Positions 21,542-30,946 of a stretch of DNA of 64,000 nt are shown here, piece after piece (positions within the stretch are counted from its first letter, which is position 1; the number at the start of each line of letters is the position of its first letter). Origin of the DNA: a virus (lineage: Duplodnaviria; Caudoviricetes); the IMG/VR virus record IMGVR_UViG_3300026549_000895, positions 64,001 through 128,000 of that record; one strand, written 5' to 3'. The notes below the pieces were generated by a model that made no database searches, was not told the DNA's origin, and saw only the letters and a program-made list of their open reading frames with translations. The translations under genes were made by a program, and so were the position numbers.

Positions 21542-21628
21542 TGGTACCTGAGGTGGGACTCGAACCCACAGTTGTCTTTCGACACTTGATTTTGAGTCAA
21601 GCTCCTAAACCAATTCGGATACTCAGGC
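21542..21628 (-). tRNA. tRNA-Leu(CAA)
   Basis: Anticodon arm CTTGA-CT CAA AA-TCAAG; long variable arm; CCA. Confidence 0.95.
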
Positions 21629-21641
21629 ATGTAAAAATATA

Positions 21642-22080
21642 TTTCAACCCGCGTGTGCCAGGGGGATGGTCTTATTATTGCCATCTTTTAAACTGTCTGT
21701 AGAATGACTGTTAAACACACGCGGGAGAAATAACAAGGGCTCCACGGGGCGTAGGGATAATGATAACTACATTTGGCTGTTCTTTTCCTTTCTGAATTGA
21801 TGGATTTAAACTTCCAAAGTGTTCATTGCCCCGTGGTGCCGCATTTCATTTTGTGGGTTGCAATAACCCACGGGAGATGTCGGAGATATAGCTCCGTACA
21901 CACCCATCTTCTTATAATGGAGCCTCTGGCAGTAGCACTCAATGCTGTCTGCTGTATGACTGCATCATGCTTTACACCTGTTCTTCCAGTAGGCATCCTA
22001 CCTCACCCTCCCATTTCTGGAGTGTTGCGTGCACACAACTCGGTGAGTATATTATCACACCATCAGAAAGGACTTTGCAA
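21642..22080 (-). ncRNA. structured noncoding RNA domains upstream of tRNA-Leu
   Basis: Stems CCCGCGTGTG/CACACGCGGG, CCACGGGGC/GCCCCGTGG and GTGGGTT/AACCCAC; GC-rich; no credible ORF. Confidence 0.55.
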
Positions 22081-22111
22081 AGAATTTTCTTTCATCTTTC
22101 TTTTGGTGTAA

Positions 22112-22123
22112 TAAGCAGTTGTT
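22112..22123 (-). promoter_or_regulatory. putative late promoter AACA-N6-TA for the RNA operon
   Basis: AACAACTGCTTA just upstream of the noncoding cluster. Confidence 0.45.
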
Positions 22124-22138
22124 AGTTGATAATATTAT

Positions 22139-22849
22139 TTATACTTTTTTATATTTTTGAATACTCAGATTCGGAATATACAAACCATCTTCAGTTTGTT
22201 CCAATCTATCAAGATAGCCTTCACCTCTTAAAAGTTCAAAAGCAGTCTTGAAACAATACTGACCATTGTCAACTCTTGACAATGATAATTGATCGCCAAA
22301 ATGAGTTTTATCTTTGGTGTACATTCCAGCTGGCGAATAATACACTTCGTAGAAGTGATTGTTGATTTTATAAATATAATCGCATGATGGCTTATCATCG
22401 AATGCTTCCTTTATAAAGGAATACTTGTAGCCTTGTAAACCATTAGTATCTTGCCCATTGATGATAACATGAACAATGGAATCAGTGATTATCATTTGAC
22501 CGTAGTAAACGGTTGTGACTTTCACGTTTTCCATCAGGAATTCATCAAACGGAATTTTGAATGTTTCAAAATCAAGCATCTTTGCAATTCGAGATTGTGG
22601 ATCATATTCCGCATCCTTATCAATAATATGCTCGGATGCTACTGATTTGCATCTCATGCATTTGTTTTCCCAATCAGGGAATAATCTTAAATTGGTAAGG
22701 TGTAATTGTGAAGACCCAATCTTCAAGTCAATATTGACTGTGTAACTGAGTTCTTCCAGATAATCTTCAATTACCTTTTCGGAATTTTTCTCAATATGTT
22801 CCTCACGGAAATATTGCTTCAATTCTTCATTTAAATAGAATCTGTACAT
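22139..22849 (-). CDS. hypothetical protein
   Basis: 236-aa ORF with AAGGTG SD. Confidence 0.7.
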   Translation of the reverse strand: MYRFYLNEELKQYFREEHIEKNSEKVIEDYLEELSYTVNIDLKIGSSQLHLTNLRLFPDWENKCMRCKSVASEHIIDKDAEYDPQSRIAKMLDFETFKIPFDEFLMENVKVTTVYYGQMIITDSIVHVIINGQDTNGLQGYKYSFIKEAFDDKPSCDYIYKINNHFYEVYYSPAGMYTKDKTHFGDQLSLSRVDNGQYCFKTAFELLRGEGYLDRLEQTEDGLYIPNLSIQKYKKV

Positions 22850-22873
22850 ATTATATCACCTTTCATTTCTTAA

Positions 22874-23755
22874 TTAGTAAAATTTAATAGGGAATTGACG
22901 ACCATCAGCAGTAATTACAATACCCTTATTTTCATCATGCTCGATTATAGGTGTTTGCGGTAAAAATGGATAGTCCGGGATTTCATTACCATTTTCATCG
23001 TACGCTTTAAAAACATACTTATCCATTTTAATTTCACCAAAAGGAGTATTCTCTTGTACTTCTTCTTTCACTGCGTATATGGGTACATTTTGACATATGT
23101 CAGGCTTGGAATTGCCGATCTTGAATATAGAATCAAGTAAACTTCCTATATCTGTCTCTTTCGTATCTTTATCTGGGATATTTTCATTAACATCTTCGGA
23201 GTCATCATATATTCCGGACTTCATCAATTTTCGTATAATGGAGAAATATTTCTTCATAGTTTCGGAATCAAATGCTAATGGATCTCCTGATATCAGCAGT
23301 TTATATTCGGACACTGTTAGTATGTCCATGACTTTTGCATGACGATTTACATATCTTCCATATGATATAGGAGTGAATACATCTAATATTGGTTCTCCAA
23401 TAAAACCATGAAGAAGCCATTTGTTATTTAGGCGATCATTCACAACTAAATATTCGCCTATGTTTTTCATTTCTTTTCTCTTGATTTCTGGTACCACTTC
23501 TCCGACGGGTTTCTTTCGTTGTTCAATATCATACAATGCGAGTGATCTAAGCCTGGTATATTCGGATATATTGTCAATATTGTGAGGATCCATTCCTCTT
23601 TTTCTGAGAAAATCACGTTCGGATTGTGTGAGCATATTGCCATCGCCGATGTTAACACCGTTACGTAGATTAACATCGCATTGTATAAATTGGCGAACTG
23701 TTTCGAAATCAATTCCGCCAAGATGTGTTTTTGAGCCGTATGGATTATTATTCAT
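22874..23755 (-). CDS. hypothetical protein
   Basis: 293-aa ORF with AAGGA SD. Confidence 0.7.
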   Translation of the reverse strand: MNNNPYGSKTHLGGIDFETVRQFIQCDVNLRNGVNIGDGNMLTQSERDFLRKRGMDPHNIDNISEYTRLRSLALYDIEQRKKPVGEVVPEIKRKEMKNIGEYLVVNDRLNNKWLLHGFIGEPILDVFTPISYGRYVNRHAKVMDILTVSEYKLLISGDPLAFDSETMKKYFSIIRKLMKSGIYDDSEDVNENIPDKDTKETDIGSLLDSIFKIGNSKPDICQNVPIYAVKEEVQENTPFGEIKMDKYVFKAYDENGNEIPDYPFLPQTPIIEHDENKGIVITADGRQFPIKFY

Positions 23756-23773
23756 ATAGATACCATCCTTTCG

Positions 23774-24073
23774 TTAAACATATTTGACACATATGCATTT
23801 GAAGGCATCATTTGTGATGTCTTTTAAGTTTATTTGAATACCTTGTGAGAGATCTCGAAAGTATGCGTCCCAGAAACAATTGGGTTTCATGTCAAGTTTT
23901 TCAAAGTTGAAGTCAGCGCGATTTCTTTCAAGAATATCAGTGTTTAAATGATCGATAATATTTGACAACGCATGTTCGATGCCCTTTGCTTTAACAATTG
24001 CGAAATGCTGAATCAATATCACCGTGCCACGTTCTGATATGCATGCTTTGTATGTCTTATCATCATTTGCCAT
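23774..24073 (-). CDS. hypothetical protein, paralog of the adjacent gene
   Basis: AKG..DF.FEK...P..WD..I..KDIT shared with 24088..24399; start reassigned to MANDDK. Confidence 0.7.
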   Translation of the reverse strand: MANDDKTYKACISERGTVILIQHFAIVKAKGIEHALSNIIDHLNTDILERNRADFNFEKLDMKPNCFWDAYFRDLSQGIQINLKDITNDAFKCICVKYV

Positions 24074-24087
24074 AAACTCATCCTCCT

Positions 24088-24399
24088 TTATCTTACCTCT
24101 ATGGGCTTTATGCATATTACACGACAATCTTCGTCGGTAATATCTTTGATGTGTATTCTAAAATCATTTTTAGTATCTTCATAAGCCACATCCCATATTT
24201 CATCTGGTTCATCTGATGTTTTTTCGAATTTGAAATCCACATTCTTTACCATAAATTCTTTTCGTATTTGTTCAACAATTTTGGGTATGATCTCATCGAA
24301 AGAATTTCCTTTTGCTACCGCAAACATTTGTCTGGCAGTCATTTGACGATACATGAAAGCATGTTTATGTGTCCATGCACATACTTTATACAGTCTCAT
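24088..24399 (-). CDS. hypothetical protein, paralog of the adjacent gene
   Basis: Same shared motifs as 23774..24073. Confidence 0.7.
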   Translation of the reverse strand: MRLYKVCAWTHKHAFMYRQMTARQMFAVAKGNSFDEIIPKIVEQIRKEFMVKNVDFKFEKTSDEPDEIWDVAYEDTKNDFRIHIKDITDEDCRVICIKPIEVR

Positions 24400-24790
24400 T
24401 ATTACTATTCCCTTCATTCAAATTGTGAGCGAATCGTAAAATCTTTTTGATTCTGTCATCAATGTATATGAATTTATGTGCTTGATGTTTATTCATCCAT
24501 CTCCACCAATACTTTGTTTCGCGTCTTAAAGATCTTACATATCTTATTTGTTCATTTCTTGAAACAGGATCAGTTTTATATTTGAATCTGACACGCATGT
24601 TGAGAATTGCGATTAAGCGTCGTATATGCATGTTCATTAATTTGGAACGAGCATAATCATTCCATTTGTAAGATGTCAATGGATACGCGTTAGGATATTC
24701 TTCTTTTATTTTTGCAAGCTTAGGCTGTAACATTAACAACAACCTTTGATATTTATTGCGATGCTTTTTCTTTATTCGTTTATTTGCCAT
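24386..24790 (-). CDS. basic hypothetical protein (NKRIKKK N-terminus)
   Basis: Begins MANKRIKKKHR. Confidence 0.7.
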   Translation of the reverse strand: MANKRIKKKHRNKYQRLLLMLQPKLAKIKEEYPNAYPLTSYKWNDYARSKLMNMHIRRLIAILNMRVRFKYKTDPVSRNEQIRYVRSLRRETKYWWRWMNKHQAHKFIYIDDRIKKILRFAHNLNEGNSNNETV

Positions 24791-25223
24791 CTCTCATTAC
24801 CTCCGGACGTGCATGAATCGGTAATGGAAGTTTATCCTCTACCATCTTCCATAACACAGATTCATTGTTTTTATCACGACGATATATACCCATCTCGAAT
24901 CTGAAATTCAATTCATTGGCAGATGTTATGTATTCATTGATGTTAACGCCACCTCTTTTCATGATGAGCTTAGTAATCTTCTTGTTATTCCTTTCGGATA
25001 ACTTGGTTAATGCACCACATGATGGACAATAATATCCATACCATATATCAGGTAAGGTGCGAGGCATGCTATTTTCAAAACCGCTGATATAGGATATATC
25101 AAAAGCATCTTCTAAAAGACATTTACATCCACATATACATTTGGCTTTTATGTGGAAATCTTTTGATGTTTTTAAAATAATCTTGGGCGTTTTAAGTATT
25201 TGCATTTTCGGTTTCTCCTTCAT
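24780..25223 (-). CDS. zinc-ribbon-containing hypothetical protein
   Basis: CICGC and CPSCG. Confidence 0.65.
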   Translation of the reverse strand: MKEKPKMQILKTPKIILKTSKDFHIKAKCICGCKCLLEDAFDISYISGFENSMPRTLPDIWYGYYCPSCGALTKLSERNNKKITKLIMKRGGVNINEYITSANELNFRFEMGIYRRDKNNESVLWKMVEDKLPLPIHARPEVMRDGK

Positions 25224-25546
25224 TTAAATATATCCTGGGCAGACTTGACAACATTTGCGGTATCGGAATCGTTGTCAGCTTCTTCGTCATCGAAATTTTC
25301 ATCCATGTATTCAGCAATGAGTTTATCTTCAAACTTTTCCTGTTCCGAAACTACCCGATCGGTTATTTTGTTAAATACCGATTTTTCCATATCAGAAAGA
25401 TCATCGGGATTAAATTGTGGATTCATAAGTTTTTTACCCATGCTGGCAACGGCTTTCATTTCTTCTTCATTCAAATCTTCTAAAGGATTGAATGAAGTTT
25501 CAACTGTTTCATCATCAAATGTTAATTTTCTCTTATTGTTGTTCAT
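25220..25546 (-). CDS. acidic hypothetical protein
   Basis: AGGAGG SD; lies just downstream of a promoter motif. Confidence 0.7.
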   Translation of the reverse strand: MNNNKRKLTFDDETVETSFNPLEDLNEEEMKAVASMGKKLMNPQFNPDDLSDMEKSVFNKITDRVVSEQEKFEDKLIAEYMDENFDDEEADNDSDTANVVKSAQDIFK

Positions 25547-25584
25547 AATGAACCTCCTTTGATTTTGTAGATATCGGTTTTCTA

Positions 25585-25599
25585 CATATTAAAGATATA
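25585..25599 (-). promoter_or_regulatory. putative early promoter TATATCTTTAATATG
   Basis: Identical 15-mer at 57322 (-) and 61375 (+). Confidence 0.7.
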
Positions 25600-25649
25600 T
25601 CTACAAAAAGAAAAAAATCAATTTTCGTCATTTATTGTATAGAAAAATT

Positions 25650-25672
25650 ACCCTCCCCATGCGGGGAGGGAT
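25650..25672 (-). terminator. intrinsic terminator
   Basis: CCCTCCCC/GGGGAGGG stem with a minus-strand U-tract. Confidence 0.75.
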
Positions 25673-25678
25673 AATCTT

Positions 25679-26155
25679 TTACGGAATTATTATTGGTGAC
25701 TTCTCAATACGAAGTTCACCTTTAATTTTCTTTTCATACTTCTGATAGAGATCTGTTAAAGTTCTCATACCCTGTAATGGGTGTAACCAGAAGATTGCCG
25801 CTCTTGCATCAATGATTGTTGGATCAGCATGAAGTACCTTTCTCCATGGGATATAAATGATATCGTCCAACTTATCCTTTGTTTTGATATCAGCACGACG
25901 TATCAATTCGATGTATCTTGCTTCATCGATAACTCTGTCATGGTGACAACAGAACTGTCTTGTCTTGGTATCAAAGGAACCTGATATTGGCATCCTTCTT
26001 AAATCAATCCAATTCACTAATCGATTGACACATAACAGCGGATCATAACCAGCCTCACACTGATGTTTGAAATGAGCTTTGATATCATCATCAGTCAGTT
26101 CAAATTTCTTAGCGACTTCTTTTGCAGCTTGTTCTTTATTCTCGTTCTCCATCAC
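25679..26155 (-). CDS. hypothetical protein
   Basis: 158-aa ORF with AGGAGG SD. Confidence 0.7.
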   Translation of the reverse strand: MMENENKEQAAKEVAKKFELTDDDIKAHFKHQCEAGYDPLLCVNRLVNWIDLRRMPISGSFDTKTRQFCCHHDRVIDEARYIELIRRADIKTKDKLDDIIYIPWRKVLHADPTIIDARAAIFWLHPLQGMRTLTDLYQKYEKKIKGELRIEKSPIIIP

Positions 26156-26879
26156 TATCGACCTCCTTTAGTGGTTCATACTCGGAAGTTATGGTAATGG
26201 TGGTCTTTAATTTGGCATGATCGATTTTATCCAGTATTACGTCATATTTGATTTTCTCTTCTAAAGATATGCCGACATTTGCATTTGCAGTTGCTTCCTC
26301 TTCAAGACTATAGTATTCTCTGAGGTCATCTATTGTCTGTCCTTTGGTATGATCGAGAGCTTCATTATAATCAAACCTTGCTTTTTCACGACGAGCTCGT
26401 TCTTCTCTGTATTCATCATAAGCCATTCCATTAAATCTTATATAATCTAACACATGACCAAATTCATGGCGAAGTGCCAAACGAAGATAATCCATAACAA
26501 GATCAAGATGATCCAAATTTTCAATTATGAAACTATATATTTGATCTCTAAGAAGGAGGATATTTAAAGTATCTACTATCATTTTATTATTATCATCCCT
26601 GTAACCACCAAATTCAGTCTGCATCAATGAATACGTGATAGAATATTGCTTGTCATTAAAATATTCATATAGTTTTTTACGTGATAAATCACCTTGCATG
26701 TGACAGATGTCTTCCCATATAGAAATGAGATTACTTCTTGAAAATAATTTGATTTCACATGGAGCATTTTTCAATTGGTTTTTGAACTCTTTCTTGAGCT
26801 TTTCGAATTCTTCGGAGATTATATAGTTTATCCAAACTTTAACATTGAATCCTTCGATTTCCATTTTTACGGAATTCAT
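26136..26879 (-). CDS. putative zincin-like metallopeptidase
   Basis: HEFGH motif with downstream EEEA. Confidence 0.55.
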   Translation of the reverse strand: MNSVKMEIEGFNVKVWINYIISEEFEKLKKEFKNQLKNAPCEIKLFSRSNLISIWEDICHMQGDLSRKKLYEYFNDKQYSITYSLMQTEFGGYRDDNNKMIVDTLNILLLRDQIYSFIIENLDHLDLVMDYLRLALRHEFGHVLDYIRFNGMAYDEYREERARREKARFDYNEALDHTKGQTIDDLREYYSLEEEATANANVGISLEEKIKYDVILDKIDHAKLKTTITITSEYEPLKEVDSDGERE

Positions 26880-26885
26880 TATTTA

Positions 26886-27221
26886 TCACATCCTTGCAAA
26901 AACGATTCTGTCTTCATAAACATTTTTCAATTCAGAATAACCAAACTGATTGATTCTGAATAAATCCATAACTTCACTGACCTTTTTATCAGATACATGA
27001 TTAATATCAAAGATAATAAGGTCACTCATATTTGTGATAGCATCAGATATAAATTCTAATATAGAAACAGCATCATCGCTTTCTTCAAGAATTCCCCCGA
27101 TGGCTTTCTTCGCAGTACGACCAGTCTTACCTCTGTAATCGTCTGCGGCAAATGCGAACATCTGACGCTGTCCCTCGACTTCGTCTTTTTCGTTAAAATT
27201 AATTTTGATAATATCTCTCAT
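26886..27221 (-). CDS. hypothetical protein
   Basis: 111-aa ORF starting 9 nt after the tnpB right-end motif. Confidence 0.65.
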   Translation of the reverse strand: MRDIIKINFNEKDEVEGQRQMFAFAADDYRGKTGRTAKKAIGGILEESDDAVSILEFISDAITNMSDLIIFDINHVSDKKVSEVMDLFRINQFGYSELKNVYEDRIVFARM

Positions 27222-27230
27222 TTATTTTTC

Positions 27231-27349
27231 CTGACGATTTATTCTTACCCAAGAAATCCAACGATTTCAGACGGTAAGCTATCACCCGGTGTCGAATCCG
27301 GGCTATTATGAATTAAATATTAATCGTCTTTTCCTTTTCTTAATATTTT
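27231..27349 (-). ncRNA. TnpB omegaRNA scaffold / element right end, copy A
   Basis: Conserved with 36433..36553 with compensatory stem changes; ends AAATCGTCAG. Confidence 0.75.
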
Positions 27350-28525
27350 TCAACATAATATATTTAATCCATTAACGTAATTAAATGCATATTGTTTAAG
27401 ATTGATAGCCGCATTAACATCTCTATCAATCGTTAAACCACATTCATTACATTCATAAATTCTATCCGATAATTTTAGTTCGGATTTTATATTTCCGCAT
27501 TTGGAACATCTTTTAGATGATGGAAACCACTTATTTGCCAAAATAAGTTTATGATATGGAATTCGCTCTTGTTTGTATAATAACATTTCACGAAACATAC
27601 TGAATCCATTATCCATCGTGGATTTCCCAAGATGTAAACACTGCGACATATTCTGCATGTCAATATCCTCAACGCAGATTATACTAAACTTCTTGGTTAT
27701 CGAAGTTGATAATTTGTGTAAGAAATCTCTTCGTTGATTAGATATCTTTTCATGAAGAATACGAATCTTGTTTAATGTTTTTCCTCTATTAGCACCTCCT
27801 TTCTGTTGTCTTGAAAATTTCTTTTGTAGTATTCGTAATTTTTGTTGGTTACTTCTATAATACTTTGGATATGAAGCATTATTACCTTCGCTATCCATAT
27901 ACAATGAAGATGATGAATAATCAATTCCAAGAATATTCAACTTGCTATCATTTTGAATATTATCAATATTAATTGAATATTGGAAACATATCGAACAATA
28001 ATATTTGTTTGTAGTGGATTTAGATATTGTGATATGTTTTATTTTCCATTCATCTGGAATTTGTTTTTCTCTTGGATTGTACTTAACCCACCCAAGACAT
28101 GGAATCTTTATTTGGTGATTATTGTTGTCAATACGTGTTTGCTCGCCATGATAATTTGAATAAGAATTCTTACAATATTTCTTGGATTTAAATCTTGGAA
28201 AACTTTTTGGTCTTCTATCCTTTCTCATTTTGATGTTACCATTCTTGATATTATCAAAATATCTTGAAAAAGCTGAATGTAAGAATTGTTTAACATTATT
28301 CACGGAATGTCTATCGAATTTGTATTCTTTATTATCTTTTGACAACCATGAATTTTGTAATACGATATCTCCATAGTTAGGAATCTTCAATTGGCCATCA
28401 TCATACGATTTTATGGAAGATTCCAACATTTGATTCCATATGAATCTACAAACATTGAATGTATTATTGATTATTTCTGATTGATTATCATCTGGATATA
28501 TTCTGATCTTTCTGGATATTATCAA
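27350..28525 (-). CDS. tnpB: IS200/IS605-family RNA-guided endonuclease TnpB, copy A
   Basis: N-terminal HTH (RIYP..Q), RuvC GID / VED / DRDVNAAIN intact, CxxC-CxxC; TTG start after AGGAGG. Confidence 0.93.
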   Translation of the reverse strand: MIISRKIRIYPDDNQSEIINNTFNVCRFIWNQMLESSIKSYDDGQLKIPNYGDIVLQNSWLSKDNKEYKFDRHSVNNVKQFLHSAFSRYFDNIKNGNIKMRKDRRPKSFPRFKSKKYCKNSYSNYHGEQTRIDNNNHQIKIPCLGWVKYNPREKQIPDEWKIKHITISKSTTNKYYCSICFQYSINIDNIQNDSKLNILGIDYSSSSLYMDSEGNNASYPKYYRSNQQKLRILQKKFSRQQKGGANRGKTLNKIRILHEKISNQRRDFLHKLSTSITKKFSIICVEDIDMQNMSQCLHLGKSTMDNGFSMFREMLLYKQERIPYHKLILANKWFPSSKRCSKCGNIKSELKLSDRIYECNECGLTIDRDVNAAINLKQYAFNYVNGLNILC

Positions 28526-28551
28526 ATCAACAATTTTCCTCCTTTTATCAT

Positions 28552-28878
28552 TTACCGTCCACATATTTTTGTAATTACTTCCATCCAGTCAATATGTGGC
28601 GGGCTTTGCCCAAATCTGTAATAGAAATACCAATCCATGAAACCTTCTTCATTGTCCATCCAAGCACAATATTGTGTTATTTTACGAACTTCTTCTGCTA
28701 AATAATTACGTCTGTTCTCGTCGTCAGTACTCATTATTTCAAGCACATACTTATCCCTTAAATCCCTCAATTTATGGACATAATCAACAACATCATCCAA
28801 AGTAAGCATTTTGGGCGGGTTAGTATAGTAAGTACCGAATAATTCCTCGTCTGTTTGAATATTATCCGTAAAAATCAC
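28552..28878 (-). CDS. hypothetical protein
   Basis: 108-aa ORF with AGGAGG. Confidence 0.65.
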   Translation of the reverse strand: MIFTDNIQTDEELFGTYYTNPPKMLTLDDVVDYVHKLRDLRDKYVLEIMSTDDENRRNYLAEEVRKITQYCAWMDNEEGFMDWYFYYRFGQSPPHIDWMEVITKICGR

Positions 28879-28893
28879 CTCCTTAAAATTGTA

Positions 28894-28919
28894 TGTACGC
28901 CGGTGTTACCCGGCGTACA
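28894..28919. terminator. hairpin, putative terminator
   Basis: TGTACGCCGG/CCGGCGTACA. Confidence 0.6.
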
Positions 28920-28930
28920 TTATTATGTGA

Positions 28931-30763
28931 TTAATAACCTTTGTGGTTGATATCAAGAGAGTCGTCGTGTTCGATCCACTCTTTGACTGGAATGATATTA
29001 TACATACCATTCTTTTGTTTTGCAACAACCTTTTCGATTCCTGAGTTGATGATGACTCTCTTGCACATTGCACAGCAGTCAGCATTGGTGTATGATCCAT
29101 CGGGTTCAACACCAACCAGATACAAGGTAGCTCCTTTCATTTCTTCCTTTGATGCGTTTATTATTGCATTCATCTCCGAGTGCGAACTTCTGCATCGTTC
29201 GTACATGGCCCCGTGTGGGATATTATTTGCTTCTCTGAAACAGTAGCCAATATCACAACAGTTCTGTCTACCAGACGGAGCTCCAGCATATCCCGTTGAA
29301 ACGATTCTATCATCTTTAACAATAACAGAACCGTATCTTCTACGAAGACAAGTTCCTCTTGTGGAAGCAACTTCTGCCATAGCGAGATAATATTCTTCCT
29401 TGGTAGGTCGCTTGCCATCTTTGATAAGACTCTGTGAGAAAGCTGAGAGTTCTTTATTCGGCATGGTTTTTGTTTTTATCCATGCATTGATATCTTTTAT
29501 AATATTTTCCAAAACATCCTTTGGGATATCTTTATTTGGAGTTCTGAACAAAAGAGCATCTGTCATCCAGCATGCCTCACCCGGATACACCACGATATTT
29601 ACATTGGAAGCGTTGTCTATGTAAATCTCCCAATGATCTTTATTAAGGTTACATCCGATTGATTTTGACATACAACGCTGGCGATCAATAATGGCATATT
29701 TAAACAAATCCTCATATGTCGTGAGTGACCATGAATTTCTATGGTATTTTCCTGGATATTTATGATGATCTGACAAATCATTTTCAAGAATACCTTTTAT
29801 ATTTTCGAAAATGATTTTCATAAGTTCTTCTTTTGGTATGAGCTTAGATACTTCTTCCTTATCATCAGATGTTTCACATGATTCCATCTGTTCCTCGTGA
29901 GTATCTTCTTTGACTTGCCAATTATTGTTTCTACAAACGCCCAGCATATCACATAATGTTTGGATATCTTTCATGCATAATGGATCGGGAATGAAAGCAC
30001 TGATACCAGCAACAATATGTTCATTGGCGTTAACGACTATACGCGGTTTCGTTGTATCACCAATAAAGATAAGCCAACTATCAAGATCCGTATCGAACTC
30101 AAGTATGACATCGATTGTTTTCTCTCCAAGGGTTATCCTTCTGAGAGAGCCTGATTTTTCATATGATCCACCGACGATTGAGTTAGCTATTAGCGTATCA
30201 CAGAACGAATCTAATGTTGCATTAATTCCCGCTCTCATAGTTTCCCAACGAGTAGCTTTTTCGGATTCATCAGATTTTCCTTCGGGATGATATTCAATAG
30301 ATAATTTTGTTTTGTTCTTTGCAGGTTCGACAAGCCAACAAAGCAAACGCTTGAAAGTAGAGGTTATCTTTGTTGATTCTCCAATGAATATACGATTGGT
30401 TTCTGCTTCGTAACAAGGATGCACTCTTGGAAAATGTTCAGTTGCAGCTATCAACTCAATGAACTGCTGATTTGTTGATATAATATCTGCTATGAATGTT
30501 TTTGTATCCTCGTCATATTTGATGCATGACACCTTTGCAACAGGATCAATTGATGCATCATTTATTATACCGGGATAATCTTTCTGTGAATAAATAAGAT
30601 GATTGTTGAGAGAACCACGTGTGGCAACAATCTCATCAGCCATTTGTTTCTGGTTCTCGATTTCATGAACGTTGTCTTTGTCATTGAATGACCATAACGG
30701 AACTTCATGAATAGAAAGTTCTCTATGAGGTAGCTCTCCGTAAATAAATGCTTTTGGTTTCAT
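28931..30763 (-). CDS. dCMP deaminase (ComEB/Dcd-type) fused to a large unknown N-terminal region
   Basis: C-terminal 160 aa: RPTKEEYYL..STRGTCLRRRYGSVIV..HSEMNAI..CCAMC; start moved to MKPK (TAATG coupling). Confidence 0.8.
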   Translation of the reverse strand: MKPKAFIYGELPHRELSIHEVPLWSFNDKDNVHEIENQKQMADEIVATRGSLNNHLIYSQKDYPGIINDASIDPVAKVSCIKYDEDTKTFIADIISTNQQFIELIAATEHFPRVHPCYEAETNRIFIGESTKITSTFKRLLCWLVEPAKNKTKLSIEYHPEGKSDESEKATRWETMRAGINATLDSFCDTLIANSIVGGSYEKSGSLRRITLGEKTIDVILEFDTDLDSWLIFIGDTTKPRIVVNANEHIVAGISAFIPDPLCMKDIQTLCDMLGVCRNNNWQVKEDTHEEQMESCETSDDKEEVSKLIPKEELMKIIFENIKGILENDLSDHHKYPGKYHRNSWSLTTYEDLFKYAIIDRQRCMSKSIGCNLNKDHWEIYIDNASNVNIVVYPGEACWMTDALLFRTPNKDIPKDVLENIIKDINAWIKTKTMPNKELSAFSQSLIKDGKRPTKEEYYLAMAEVASTRGTCLRRRYGSVIVKDDRIVSTGYAGAPSGRQNCCDIGYCFREANNIPHGAMYERCRSSHSEMNAIINASKEEMKGATLYLVGVEPDGSYTNADCCAMCKRVIINSGIEKVVAKQKNGMYNIIPVKEWIEHDDSLDINHKGY

Positions 30764-30945
30764 TATTTTTCCACCTTTCGTGAATTGAATTTGTTCGAGA
30801 GGTATTTCTGTTTCCTCATACAAACAATATACATTTGTTTGTATTGAAATCGGGGAATATTTGAATATTTTAATCGAATGACTCTTTCCAACAATACTCG
30901 AGCGAATCTGGTTGAATTCTTGATTACATCTTTCTTTTTCTTTAT
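30763..30945 (-). pseudogene. copy of the small basic ORF at 37743..37913 lacking its ATG
   Basis: Translates IKKKKDVIKNSTRFARVLLERVIRLKYSNIPRFQYKQMYIVCMRKQK... Confidence 0.6.
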
Positions 30946-30946
30946 T
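30805..30946. repeat. 142-bp dispersed duplication, copy 1
   Basis: Nearly identical to 37761..37902. Confidence 0.95.

Noticed and set aside
21918-22080. RNase P RNA or tmRNA (AAAGTCC and GCTCCA seen on the minus strand)
   Set aside because: The RNase P P4 partner and the tmRNA T-arm and tag could not be found; kept only as unclassified structured RNA
20578-22111. Short ORFs listed in the tRNA region
   Set aside because: No SD sites; they overlap tRNAs or structured RNA
30764-30823. Listed start of the 630-aa ORF at 30823
   Set aside because: It lies inside the duplicated small-gene copy; the ATG at 30763 has an SD and TAATG coupling
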